A stretch of 40,299 bases of DNA, from the NCBI GenBank assembly GCA_043802525.1, contig JAZDKY010000134.1:1-40299 (forward strand). The letters are read 5' to 3'. Both the position numbers and the translations under genes were made by a program. Positions 18,416-27,702 of this stretch are shown piece after piece; position 1 is the first letter of the stretch, and the number at the start of each line of letters is the position of its first letter. The DNA comes from a bacterium (GTDB lineage: Bacteria > Verrucomicrobiota > Kiritimatiellia > CAIVKH01). The notes beneath the pieces were generated by a model. The model saw only the letters and a list, made by a program, of their open reading frames with translations. It was not told where the DNA came from and ran no database searches.

Positions 18416-21400
18416 GTGGTAGCAAAATGTTCCCAGTGCCGTGCTGAAATAGCGTCAGGATATCGATTCTGCCCATCGTGCGGCGGCTCAGTAGATACGG
18501 AACCATCCTCCCCGGCTGATCCTGCACTTCAGTCGATGGGTGATCTGCGCACGCGCCAGGACGCCCCCCGGCTCGACTCCATGGGCGACCTTCCAACTGG
18601 CGCGACCTCCGGCGCGCGCCAGTTAACGCGGGAACGTGCCGGTGATGTGCTTCGCGAACGGTACGAGTTGCTCGAAGAGCTGGGGCAGGGAGGATTTGGC
18701 TCCGTATGGAAGGCGCAGGATCGTGAGCTCGGACGCATCGTGGCCATCAAATGGCTCCATCATGTGACCGATAAGGAAGGCCGTCGTGATGAAATGGCCT
18801 TGGCCCGATTCGCGCAGGAAGCCCAGCTCATTGCGAAACTCAACCACCGGAATACGGTCGAAATCTACGACCGTTTCACTGATCAGGGCGATCCCTGCAT
18901 CGTGATGGAACACATCGAAGGCGGCAACCTTCGCCAGTATCTCAAGAGTCATGGCGGGAAGCTCAAGCTGGACGAGGCCGCGAAGATGATCCGCGGCGTG
19001 GCCCAGGGCCTCGCGTGCGCGCACAACAGCCAGTTGATTCACCGCGATATCAAGCCCGAGAATATTCTCCTCAAGCCTGAAGACGGGGAACTCGTTCCCA
19101 AGATCGTGGATTTCGGCCTTGCCCGGATGGAGAGCGAATCTGAGCTCAACACCATGGGAGGGCTTGGCACGCCTTTCTACATGCCCCCCGAGCAGCGGAG
19201 GGATGCAAAGCTGGTTGATCACCGGGCCGACATCTACGCGCTAGGGAAGACATTCTATTACATGATCACGGGCGATCTTCCCGACACCATCGATCCCGAC
19301 AAAATACCGTCCTCAGCCATCTCGGACGTCATACTCAAGTGTGTCAAACTCAGCCCGCAGGAGCGGTTTTTCAGCGCCGGCGACTTTATCGAGGCCCTCG
19401 ACGATGCCTTGGCGGGCGTCTCTCATAAAAAAGAGGCCATGCCCGCCGGAGACGCGGCCGCGCTGAATCTCTGCCCAAGCTGCGCAAAACCGAACCCTTC
19501 CGAATCCAAATTCTGCGAGAGCTGCGGGGCAGGGTTGACGCGCCAGTGCCCGGAATGCGACCGCCAGAATTCCGTTCACAAGACGTTTTGCGGAGGCTGC
19601 GGCACGGACGTGGCCGCGTTCGACAAGGTGCAGGAAGGTCTCGCCTCGGTGAAAGGTCTGTTGGCCGAGAAGAATTGGAGCCGGGCAATCGAGGAAGCGG
19701 AGGCCGTCGCGGGGATCTCGTTCAACCGAAAGAAAGGCCTGGGCTTATTGGCGGAGCTGAATGAATGCGGGGCCACCGCTCGCAACGCGGAGAAGCGTAT
19801 CGAAGAGCTCGCACACCAGATCGACAAGGCGGAGACAGACGGGGTTGCTCACGAAACTGTGCTCGAGATGATCAAGGAGTACTCGAGTCTCGAACCGCGG
19901 AGGAATTGGGAGTCCCGAGTGGCCGCGTTGCATACAGCCATCGACGACAGGGATTTTGAGGAGTGCTGCCAGAGGGCGATGGATGCGGCAGACAAAGGAC
20001 AGTTTTCGGATGCACAGGAAACGGTATTGGCTTATCTGACAACGTATCCGGATGGTCGACATGCAGACGAGGCGAAGACACTCGTCGAAACGGAACTGCC
20101 CGATCGGGAGGCGCGTTATGCCGAAAATCAGGCCTTAGCCTCTGCTGAGAAAGCCTTGGACGCTGTAGATGGTTCAAATCACCAGAAGTCCATCGATAAA
20201 ATACTCCGCGCGCTGGCCGGCTGCCAGCAATGCATTGCTCGCTATGAAGCTCGGCTTCAAGGCAATCGCCTCGGCGATGCAATCCGCAAGCTGACGGAGG
20301 CGCGCGGAGAAGTGGAAAAGGAGTTGGAGTTTCGGTCGCTGGAATCGTCCGTCAAGGACTTGATTCTCGCAAAGGATTATGTCGCTGCGTGTCTCAAGTG
20401 CAGGGAATTCCTTTCCAAGAACGATCACCATAAGTCAGAAGCCGCCACCCTCCGTGACAAAGCGCTGGAGCTGGAAGAGAACCGAAAGGCTGCCGCTGAC
20501 GCCGCTGCGCGGCGCAAGCTGCGTGTTTTGCTCTACAAGGTGGGTGCATGCGCTCTCGCCATCGCCCTGGTGATGGCGAATGTGGCCTGGCGGAACTATC
20601 GACTCGGAAGGGAATATGATCACGCCATTGATTCACGGAATCTCCAGGACGCCGAACGGCTCGCCAAGAAACGGAAGTTGAGCGCTGAAAGGCAGCTACT
20701 GCTCGATTACCTGCGCTCCTCGGACAAGGCGAAGTACGACTATGATCGACGCTTTGCTGACATCTCCGCCGCCTTGTCCGTCTACGGAGGGGACGCTTGG
20801 AATCGGATCCAGAGCAAATTGGCCGAGGCCGCGAGAGGTGATTTGCATGAGGCACCAAGGCTTTATGCTGAGGCGGCGGACGAAGCCAAGGCCGTGCAGA
20901 CACGCTACGGAAAGCTCATAACAACCAGGCAGCATTTCGAGGCTAAGTACACCGTGGACGTCGTGAGCACGCTTCAAGCCCTTGCGCCTGAAGAGGCCCA
21001 CCGACTCAGCGACCTCGTCGAATCGGCAGCGAACGAGAAGGATATTGATAGAGGGCTCGACCTTTACCGGAAGGCCGACTTGGAGCTGAATCAAGCGATC
21101 CAAATTGCCGTGAAACAGAAATCGGCGGAGGCCGACGCTTCGGCAGCTCGGAAAGCGGCAGAGTCAGCCTATGCAGATGTTGGTTCGGATAAACTGCTGA
21201 AGAACGTCACGGAGCTTCGTGAACAGGTTGTATCCCAGCTTGCGGAAGCACGGGCCATGTATGACAAGCGTGACTACGATCAGGCCGCAACGTCGTGGCA
21301 AGAATGTTCGGATCTCGTCAACCAGATATCGGATCGCATCCGCGAGATGAAAAGCAGGCGGCTCTTGTTTCAGCAGTCGCTGAAGAACTACGAAAAGGAC

Positions 21401-21565
21401 ATTCCGCGCATCCGGAAAGATATTCCCGATATGTGGAGACAATTACAAGCATTGACGAATGCAGCCGAATTGGCCACGTCGCCGGAAGTATTCATAAGCA
21501 AGTATCAGGATGCGCTTAACCAACTGGAAAGGGCTGTGGATGTCATCAGCCAGAAAGATCGATAG
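18416..21565 (+). CDS. Ser/Thr protein kinase. It has an N-terminal zinc ribbon, a Hanks kinase domain, a double zinc ribbon, a transmembrane helix and a long helical TPR-like C-terminal region.
   Basis: GTG start 8 nt after GGAGGAG. LGQGGFGSVWKA, HRDIKPENILL and DFGLA kinase motifs. CPSCAK..CESCG..CPECDR..CGGCG. Transmembrane segment VLLYKVGACALAIALVMANVAW. Confidence 0.9.
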   Translation: MVAKCSQCRAEIASGYRFCPSCGGSVDTEPSSPADPALQSMGDLRTRQDAPRLDSMGDLPTGATSGARQLTRERAGDVLRERYELLEELGQGGFGSVWKAQDRELGRIVAIKWLHHVTDKEGRRDEMALARFAQEAQLIAKLNHRNTVEIYDRFTDQGDPCIVMEHIEGGNLRQYLKSHGGKLKLDEAAKMIRGVAQGLACAHNSQLIHRDIKPENILLKPEDGELVPKIVDFGLARMESESELNTMGGLGTPFYMPPEQRRDAKLVDHRADIYALGKTFYYMITGDLPDTIDPDKIPSSAISDVILKCVKLSPQERFFSAGDFIEALDDALAGVSHKKEAMPAGDAAALNLCPSCAKPNPSESKFCESCGAGLTRQCPECDRQNSVHKTFCGGCGTDVAAFDKVQEGLASVKGLLAEKNWSRAIEEAEAVAGISFNRKKGLGLLAELNECGATARNAEKRIEELAHQIDKAETDGVAHETVLEMIKEYSSLEPRRNWESRVAALHTAIDDRDFEECCQRAMDAADKGQFSDAQETVLAYLTTYPDGRHADEAKTLVETELPDREARYAENQALASAEKALDAVDGSNHQKSIDKILRALAGCQQCIARYEARLQGNRLGDAIRKLTEARGEVEKELEFRSLESSVKDLILAKDYVAACLKCREFLSKNDHHKSEAATLRDKALELEENRKAAADAAARRKLRVLLYKVGACALAIALVMANVAWRNYRLGREYDHAIDSRNLQDAERLAKKRKLSAERQLLLDYLRSSDKAKYDYDRRFADISAALSVYGGDAWNRIQSKLAEAARGDLHEAPRLYAEAADEAKAVQTRYGKLITTRQHFEAKYTVDVVSTLQALAPEEAHRLSDLVESAANEKDIDRGLDLYRKADLELNQAIQIAVKQKSAEADASAARKAAESAYADVGSDKLLKNVTELREQVVSQLAEARAMYDKRDYDQAATSWQECSDLVNQISDRIREMKSRRLLFQQSLKNYEKDIPRIRKDIPDMWRQLQALTNAAELATSPEVFISKYQDALNQLERAVDVISQKDR

Positions 21566-23096
21566 CGCTACGCAAGTGTCGGCCAAGGTCAGCGCCTGTC
21601 TTGTGCTCTTCATCAGCTCAACGCTGTGCGGCTGCAGCACAATCAAGAACACGCGGCAGGTGGTTGAGAAGATAGATGGGCAACCTATCGCGGGAACGGA
21701 ACGGCGATTCGTCGATGTAGTTAAGATGACCAACGTGTGGGATTCAGAGAAACCGGAGTTTCAACGATTGACTGTTACCGCCAAAGGCAGCAAGGAGTGG
21801 CAGGTAGAGCAGTTTGAGGAAACGTGGGTAGTACAAGATAAAGAGCGTAGCTACGCCGTGGTCGGGAGAGGCGAGGGCTACAACCTCGGTTACGACTTAT
21901 TCGCGGATCCCGTTTTCGCCTGTGTCGGCTTGCTTGTATACCCGTTCGCATTTCTTGCGCCGCGCACGGACAATCCAGACGCGTCGTTTGGAAATATAAA
22001 CCGGACTGTAAGTCAGTGGCTCTTCGCTGCATTGCCTGGTATCAGTAATTGCGCCAAGCCTATTCGCACATCGTCGCGATCGTTGAAGAGCCGTGATGAA
22101 CTGCCTCCTGCGGGCCGGGCCACGTCGGTCGACGCGTGGATTGAATTGTTGGTTTACGATGGCGGCAACGTCCGGGTAATGGAGCAAGCGTTAGATGCAG
22201 ACAAGCCGCTCCTGTTGCCGGTCTGTGATTTCGCCCTGAATTCACCCGGTCACCCGGAGGTGACTTTCGTCGTGACTTCCAAGACCGCAATGGTTCGCGG
22301 CCCCAATAGACTGACGATCCGTCTCAACGAAACGGAATTGGTCAGGCGAAAAGCGGCCGCACAGAAGGCGAACCCTGACGAGCGTCGCCAAGCGTATGCC
22401 TTCCATCCGGGTCATGATCTCGATGACCACGAAGGCGGGAACGGAGATGGGCTTCTCCGGGCCGGAGAGACCGTACTTCTTGTCATGACGGTGGATAATT
22501 CGGGCAGTGGTCCAGGTTACGGCGTGGAACTCGCCGCTTCGGTCAAGGGTGGTGACGTTTCGGTGGGAAGCCCGCAGCCTGTTACGCAGTTGAAGGGGAA
22601 ATCTTCGGCGAGGATCGGCGTGCCTCTCACGGTGCCCCTGAAATCGCCGGACGGAGTAGCTCGTATCGAAGTCGTCGCCGCAGATGCCGCAGGCGTTACG
22701 TCATCACCGGTTGCGGTGGAGATTCCGTACTCCCACCGCCCATTGCCGGAGCTGCAACTCGGCAGCGTGGACGTCCAGCGCGCCCCGGACGGTGCGGACG
22801 GCGATTTTGGTGTCATCATTAAAGTGCGAAACCGCGGCGATGGCGATTCCGAGCGCACCAAGCTGGCCATTGCGGGTGAACCCAGCGCCGGCCGTGTGGT
22901 ACGGGGGCAAATTGAATTTGGAACCCTTGCCCCGCACTCCCAGACGCAAGCGGTCCTGCGCCTCAATTCCACAGGGGCTACGTCTGATGTCACGACGATC
23001 CAAGTCCGCATCGTTGAGCGCCTCGGCGTTGGCTCAGACGAAAAGAGCCTCGATATACCCATTCCAGCGAGTGGCAAGCGGACCTCGCGCAAGTAG
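21540..23096 (+). CDS. Lipoprotein (lipobox TLCGCS); hypothetical. It overlaps the upstream kinase 3' end by 26 nt.
   Basis: MSSARK...LVLFISSTLCGCS. Overlap suggests translational coupling with the kinase. Confidence 0.55.
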   Translation: MSSARKIDSATQVSAKVSACLVLFISSTLCGCSTIKNTRQVVEKIDGQPIAGTERRFVDVVKMTNVWDSEKPEFQRLTVTAKGSKEWQVEQFEETWVVQDKERSYAVVGRGEGYNLGYDLFADPVFACVGLLVYPFAFLAPRTDNPDASFGNINRTVSQWLFAALPGISNCAKPIRTSSRSLKSRDELPPAGRATSVDAWIELLVYDGGNVRVMEQALDADKPLLLPVCDFALNSPGHPEVTFVVTSKTAMVRGPNRLTIRLNETELVRRKAAAQKANPDERRQAYAFHPGHDLDDHEGGNGDGLLRAGETVLLVMTVDNSGSGPGYGVELAASVKGGDVSVGSPQPVTQLKGKSSARIGVPLTVPLKSPDGVARIEVVAADAAGVTSSPVAVEIPYSHRPLPELQLGSVDVQRAPDGADGDFGVIIKVRNRGDGDSERTKLAIAGEPSAGRVVRGQIEFGTLAPHSQTQAVLRLNSTGATSDVTTIQVRIVERLGVGSDEKSLDIPIPASGKRTSRK

Positions 23097-23116
23097 GCAC
23101 ATGTTACGGTCGCAGT

Positions 23117-25678
23117 ATGGACGAAAGCGTGAACAACAGGGAGACGGTTCGGGCAGAATCCGCCGGCCGACACGAGTTTGCGCTTGAAGCAGGAGACATT
23201 CTCGATCAGTACCGGATTCTCCGCCCGCTCGGCGCGGGCGGGATGGGCGAGGTGTACCTCGCTGAGAACGTCCACAACCACAAACGCTTCGCCCTGAAAG
23301 TCCTCCCCGCCGCGCTCGCGCGGGACCCCCAGTTCGTTGGCCGGTTCAAGGTCGAGTCGCGCGTCATGATGGACCTCGACCACCCGGGCATCGTGCGCGT
23401 CCACCACATTGGCGAAGCTCGAGGGCTCTATTACCTGACCATGGACTTCGTGGAGGGTCCCGACGGCGCGCCCTTTGATCTCGAAGACCTGCTGCGCGAG
23501 CAGGGAGGCAGGATCAAGGACGAAAAGGTCGTTCGGGAACTCGCTCTCCAAATATGTGACGCGCTGGACTATGCGCATCATTTCCGCGGTGAGGGCATTG
23601 TCCATCGTGACCTAAAGCCGGCGAACATCCTGCTGCCCGGAGGACAGAAGACAGAGGACGGAAGACAGATCACGGTCAGAATCAGCGATTTCGGCCTGGC
23701 GAAGGTGGTGGGCGATGCCTATCTGAAGAGCATCATCGAGCGGTCGGTCAGTCTTTCGATCGGCGGTGAAGTCTCTATGGGGGACGAAAAGACCGGAGAC
23801 GGAAGGCCGAAACATCAAAAGACCAGCACGCGGTCCATCCTCGGTACCTATGACTACATGAGTCCCGAGCAGAAGCTTGGCCTGCCCGTCGATGCCCGCA
23901 GCGATATCTACGCGCTGGGCATGATGCTGTACAAGATGCTGACAGGCCGGAAAGCCGAAGGCGCTTACCGGCGGCCCTCGCAACTCGGGTGCGGCAGGGC
24001 GTGGGACTCTGTAGTTGAGCGTTGCATCCAGCAGGCACCCGAAGACCGCTATGCATCGGTGGCGGTACTGCAGAGGGATATTGAAAAAACCACACGGACG
24101 ACACACCGCAGGGCAATCCTGTCACTTATTGGCATAGCTGCCGGTGTACTTCTGGCAGCAGGCTTCCATTTCTTCTTGAACACCTCTAGGTCAAACTTGA
24201 AGGAGTCTGTGACTCAACCTGAACATGGAGTTTCCGATGTATCACTTGGTAGCGCTGCGGATTTGAAGCCCCGTTCTGTCATCGCATCGGGTATTGTTTA
24301 CACTCAGCTTCCAGACGGATTTGTCATTGTTTCGGGCGGCTTGTACATCTCCACAGAGCCTTCCGGCGCGACGGTATCTGTGGACGGGTATGAAATTACA
24401 AATAGCCCCGCAACATTTCGCGACATGGCAGCCGGTTCGCAGATTGTTACGGTCAAACTGGCCGACTACGAGTCGCAAACATTCGACATCGATGTTCCTG
24501 AAGACGATTTTGCGAAGACCAATGTTGTCCTTGTCAGAAAAAAGGGCCTCATCGAAGTCACGAGCCGACCCGCAGGTGCCCAAGTCATGCAGGGATCCCG
24601 CGTGCTGGGTGAAACCCCGATGAGCGCTCGCCTGGAAGTGGGCCCACAAATTTTGACGATTCGCAAATATGGCTTCCGAGATGCTGACGTCCGCGCCGAC
24701 GTCACAGCTGACCTCAAGACGATCGTGTCCGAAGTGACTCTGACGTCAGAGCTCGGCGCTATCCGGATCACGGCACGACCCGCCTCGGGCGAGGGTAAGT
24801 ATTTTGATATTCTGGATAATCGAATCGAGCTTGGTTCCGCAGATCGCAAAATAGAGAACTCGTCCTTCCCGTGTGTGGTGACCGGACTTGCTGTCGGGGC
24901 TATTCAAGTCGCGGTCGCTGTAGACGGATACAAAACAGCAACAAATATGGTGACGGTCGCCGGTGGTCGCACGACGGATACCGAATTCGTACTCGCGCGG
25001 CTTGGTCCCGTTGACGGCGCCGACTGGTCCGTGCCGGGAAGTACGAACTTAACAAACGCTCAAGAGATGGCATATCAGGCTCAGACGAACGGGACAAATC
25101 CATCCTTGGCATCCTCTGTGCAGCTCGTTGCCGATGGGAAACTCCTATTGCGTCAAAACAAGCTTGCCGAGGCGGAGAAGATGTTCCAATCCGTCCTTGG
25201 CCAATCGCCCAACATGCTTGACGCGCGCATCGGCTTGGCGGCCTGCCGGTACAATGCGGGCGATCTGGACCAGGCGCAGCGACTCGTCGGTGACGTACTG
25301 GCCGTAGAAGCGAAGAACGCACAGGCGCTCGGCCTCATGGGTATCATTGCGTGGCGCGAGGGCCGGTACCGCGATGCCGTAGAGATACTCAGCGAGGCTG
25401 TCCGCGCCGACCCGACCGATGCGCAACTGCACAGCTACTTGGGCGTGGCGTTTCAGGCGCGCAAGCGGTACGCCGAAGCCACCCAAGAACTGCGGACTGC
25501 TGTAACGCTGGATCCCAACAACGCGGAGGCCCAGTACAATCTTTCCGTGGTCCTTGCTACGGCCCGCTCGCCTTTGTTGCAGGAAGCCAAGGCACACTAC
25601 GACCTCGCGCTGCAATTGGGGTACCCCCGGGACGACGCGATGGACAAGCTTTTATCAAGGATTCCGCAAGCACATTGA
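23117..25678 (+). CDS. Ser/Thr protein kinase with a transmembrane helix, extracytoplasmic PEGA-like domains and C-terminal TPR repeats.
   Basis: LGAGGMGEVYLA, HRDLKPANILL and DFGLAK. Transmembrane segment AILSLIGIAAGVLLAAGF. PEGA-like GAQVMQGSRVLGETPM..L..G. TPR-like repeats (AEAQYNLSVVLA...). Confidence 0.9.
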   Translation: MDESVNNRETVRAESAGRHEFALEAGDILDQYRILRPLGAGGMGEVYLAENVHNHKRFALKVLPAALARDPQFVGRFKVESRVMMDLDHPGIVRVHHIGEARGLYYLTMDFVEGPDGAPFDLEDLLREQGGRIKDEKVVRELALQICDALDYAHHFRGEGIVHRDLKPANILLPGGQKTEDGRQITVRISDFGLAKVVGDAYLKSIIERSVSLSIGGEVSMGDEKTGDGRPKHQKTSTRSILGTYDYMSPEQKLGLPVDARSDIYALGMMLYKMLTGRKAEGAYRRPSQLGCGRAWDSVVERCIQQAPEDRYASVAVLQRDIEKTTRTTHRRAILSLIGIAAGVLLAAGFHFFLNTSRSNLKESVTQPEHGVSDVSLGSAADLKPRSVIASGIVYTQLPDGFVIVSGGLYISTEPSGATVSVDGYEITNSPATFRDMAAGSQIVTVKLADYESQTFDIDVPEDDFAKTNVVLVRKKGLIEVTSRPAGAQVMQGSRVLGETPMSARLEVGPQILTIRKYGFRDADVRADVTADLKTIVSEVTLTSELGAIRITARPASGEGKYFDILDNRIELGSADRKIENSSFPCVVTGLAVGAIQVAVAVDGYKTATNMVTVAGGRTTDTEFVLARLGPVDGADWSVPGSTNLTNAQEMAYQAQTNGTNPSLASSVQLVADGKLLLRQNKLAEAEKMFQSVLGQSPNMLDARIGLAACRYNAGDLDQAQRLVGDVLAVEAKNAQALGLMGIIAWREGRYRDAVEILSEAVRADPTDAQLHSYLGVAFQARKRYAEATQELRTAVTLDPNNAEAQYNLSVVLATARSPLLQEAKAHYDLALQLGYPRDDAMDKLLSRIPQAH

Positions 25679-25701
25679 TCATTCGCACATGAAGATATTA
25701 T
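25675..25701 (+). promoter_or_regulatory. Candidate sigma70-type promoter (TTGATC, about 15-16 nt, TATTAT) in an AT-rich patch between the kinase stop and the first Snf7-like gene.
   Basis: Hexamers read from the sequence. The spacer is slightly short. Confidence 0.3.
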
Positions 25702-25745
25702 GCGCGTGAATAGGCATCTATTCATGTCTACACTTTGACCTAGCA

Positions 25746-26615
25746 ATGGAGCAGTGCTGCATATGCGGGAAGGATCTGCCGGGCAAGTATTCGCAGCAGA
25801 ACTGTTGCGAGAAGCCCGAATGTAAAAAGCTCTTCTGCGACCTGCACTGGAACCGGAGCAACCGGCTCTGCCGCGAGCACGGGTACCGGGAATTGGCGGA
25901 ACACGGAGGCAAAGATATGACGACGCCCGACCAGGAACCTGCGGCTTCGAAGATCGATCCGAAGCGCGCCAAGAAACTCATGGATGCCACGGTGTCCTTC
26001 GTCAAGAAACTCGGCGCGGGCGCGGCGGATCTTCTCGGCAAGCTCAAGAAGGACAAGTCCCCGCAGGCCATGCTGGCGACGATGGAGCAGTCCATCGACG
26101 CGAACCAGAAACGGCGCGAGGACGTTTCCGGTCGCGTGGAGCGACTTCACAACGAGATTGTCGAGAAGAAGAAAGCCTATGCGACGGCGGCACCGGCCCG
26201 GAAACGTATTCTCGAGGCTGAACTTCGGAGCAAGCTCTCGGAATACAAGGCTTCCGAGCGCGAGCTGAGCGTCCTGCTGGAAAACGAGCGCGTACTTTCG
26301 CAGGTCAAAGGCCGGCTCTACGAGGTCGTGTCGTACGGCATGGCCGGCGTGACGGAAGCACAAATAGACGACGTGATCGACGAGATCGAGGAGGCGGTCG
26401 CCGAAGCCGAAGGCCGCGCGGACGCCTCGCGCGACCTTGAGAAGGCCGGGCGCCGTCGGGAGCGTGAGTCCGACAAGGACGACTTTTTGTCGCAACTCGG
26501 CGAGTTCGGTGGGGACGCGGAACCGTCCGGATTGGACAAGGAGCTTGCCGGTTTTGACGAGCCGGAGCCTGCCGCCGAAAAACCGAAACGGAACAAGGAA
26601 GAACCCGACATCTGA
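25746..26615 (+). CDS. Cys-rich zinc-binding N-terminus fused to a Snf7/ESCRT-III-like helical core with an acidic tail.
   Basis: The segment EKKKAYATAAPARKRILEAELRSKLSEYKASERELSVLLENERVLSQVKGRLYEVVSYGMAGVTEAQIDDVIDEIEE follows the Snf7 pattern (basic hairpin, then acidic C-terminus with an IDDV.D.IEE-like block), by analogy to yeast Snf7/CHMP4. Pattern-based, not searched. Confidence 0.5.
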   Translation: MEQCCICGKDLPGKYSQQNCCEKPECKKLFCDLHWNRSNRLCREHGYRELAEHGGKDMTTPDQEPAASKIDPKRAKKLMDATVSFVKKLGAGAADLLGKLKKDKSPQAMLATMEQSIDANQKRREDVSGRVERLHNEIVEKKKAYATAAPARKRILEAELRSKLSEYKASERELSVLLENERVLSQVKGRLYEVVSYGMAGVTEAQIDDVIDEIEEAVAEAEGRADASRDLEKAGRRRERESDKDDFLSQLGEFGGDAEPSGLDKELAGFDEPEPAAEKPKRNKEEPDI

Positions 26616-26631
26616 TTGCCAGGAGGTCACC

Positions 26632-27261
26632 ATGAGTTTCATGTTCAAGTCCAAGAAGGAGCGGGCCAAAGAGGCGCGCCGTGATCAACGCCAGGCGTTC
26701 CGTCAGGCTGAAAACGCGATCGATGACGTGAAGGAACGTATCAAGCAGATGGACAAGGATGCGAAGAAGCAGTGGGACCAGGCCCGGGAAGCCATGAAAG
26801 CGGGCCAGAAATCCGTCGCGCAGCGCCTGCTCATCAGCTACCGCGCATCGCAGGTGCTCATCACCAAACTCGAGCAGAAGCGTTGGGTGTTTGAGCAGTT
26901 CTTCACCAAGCTGCAGGCCGCGAATTCCGACCAGCAGTTCGCCGACGCGCTGTCCGGCATCAACAAGGTGATCAAGATCGACCCCGAACGTGTCGCCGAT
27001 GTCTTCGATGAAGCCCAAGACCTGCTCGGCGAGCAGCTCGACTCCGATCGCTTCTGGGAGAAGATGTACACCAAGGAAACCGAGGGCGCGACGGCGTCGC
27101 TCGAAGACCATATCCCGTCGCTTGACGAACTCGGCAAGCAGCTTGAGCAGGAAGCCGCGGTGGAGATCGGAGGGGGCGCGACCGAGCGGGTGAACACCGA
27201 GCTGGACTCCCGCATCAAGGCGGGGCAGGAGCGGGTGAAGAAGCTGTTGGACGGCAAGTAG
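26632..27261 (+). CDS. Snf7/ESCRT-III-like protein (CHMP2-like charge asymmetry) with a C-terminal MIM1-like motif.
   Basis: Perfect AGGAGG RBS. Basic N-terminus (KKERAKEARRDQRQ). Core MKAGQKSVAQRLLISYRASQVLITKLEQKRW...KLQAANSDQQFADALSGINKV parallels CHMP2A MAKQGQMDAVRIMAKDLVRTRRYVRKF...KIQTLKSNNSMAQAMKGVTKAM. Acidic tail. Terminal ..QERVKKLLDGK resembles the MIM1 consensus (E/D)xxLxxRLxxL(K/R). Confidence 0.55.
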   Translation: MSFMFKSKKERAKEARRDQRQAFRQAENAIDDVKERIKQMDKDAKKQWDQAREAMKAGQKSVAQRLLISYRASQVLITKLEQKRWVFEQFFTKLQAANSDQQFADALSGINKVIKIDPERVADVFDEAQDLLGEQLDSDRFWEKMYTKETEGATASLEDHIPSLDELGKQLEQEAAVEIGGGATERVNTELDSRIKAGQERVKKLLDGK

Positions 27262-27276
27262 GAGACGGGGCAGAGG

Positions 27277-27316
27277 GCGGAGGACGGAAAGGCGGAGGAC
27301 GGAAGGCGGAGGACGG
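27277..27316 (+). repeat. Three tandem copies of the purine-rich motif GGCGGAGGACGGAA(A).
   Basis: Read from the sequence. A similar GGAGGACGG/GAAGACGG run occurs inside the AAA gene at 37942..37975. Confidence 0.6.
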
Positions 27317-27318
27317 CG

Positions 27319-27477
27319 CATGGCATCCCCAAGACCGGTGGATTTGCTCAAGACGATCCTCAATTCCCTCATTCTCGTCGCCGGCGGCGTGGGGAGCGTG
27401 GTCAATCTCCTGCGAGGCAATGGCCTGCCTGCGGCGCTGCTCGTGCTCGTGGCGGCGGTCGTTAGGAGGTGCCCATA
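27319..27477 (+). CDS. Possible 52-aa small membrane protein (below the ORF-track threshold).
   Basis: ATG lies 9 nt after GGAGGA. Hydrophobic LLKTILNSLILVAGGVGSVVNLL...LLVLVAAVV. Hand-translated. Confidence 0.25.
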
Positions 27478-27642
27478 AAAAACATTTACAAAGAGGCTCT
27501 TGCAAAGCTCCAGAAAACAACGGTCGCGACGGAGCGCGACCCTCCAAAGATGAAGGGAATGGCCCATTTTTCAAGCTGGAGGGACGCGCTTCGTCGCGTC
27601 CATAGGAGTTTTGCAAGACGCTCACATGTAAATGTTGTTTTT
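27476..27642 (+). promoter_or_regulatory. Structured leader upstream of DGR-target kinase 1. A roughly 35-bp imperfect inverted repeat (aaaaacatttacaaagaggctcttgcaaagctcc / ggagttttgcaagacgctcacatgtaaatgttgttttt) encloses two perfect GC hairpins (gtcgcg..cgcgac; ggacgcg-cttcgt-cgcgtcc).
   Basis: Reverse-complement relationships were read directly. It is an AT-richer patch. Confidence 0.35.
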
Positions 27643-27702
27643 GAGCGCAGCCGTAGCTTGCTTTCCCTCGAAGGCGAGATGCTCGCGGGGGGCGGTTGAA
27701 GA

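Noticed and set aside
17952-18596. 214-aa minus-strand ORF spanning yidD and the small downstream gene
   Set aside because: It overlaps the well-conserved YidD frame on the opposite strand and has no recognisable features.
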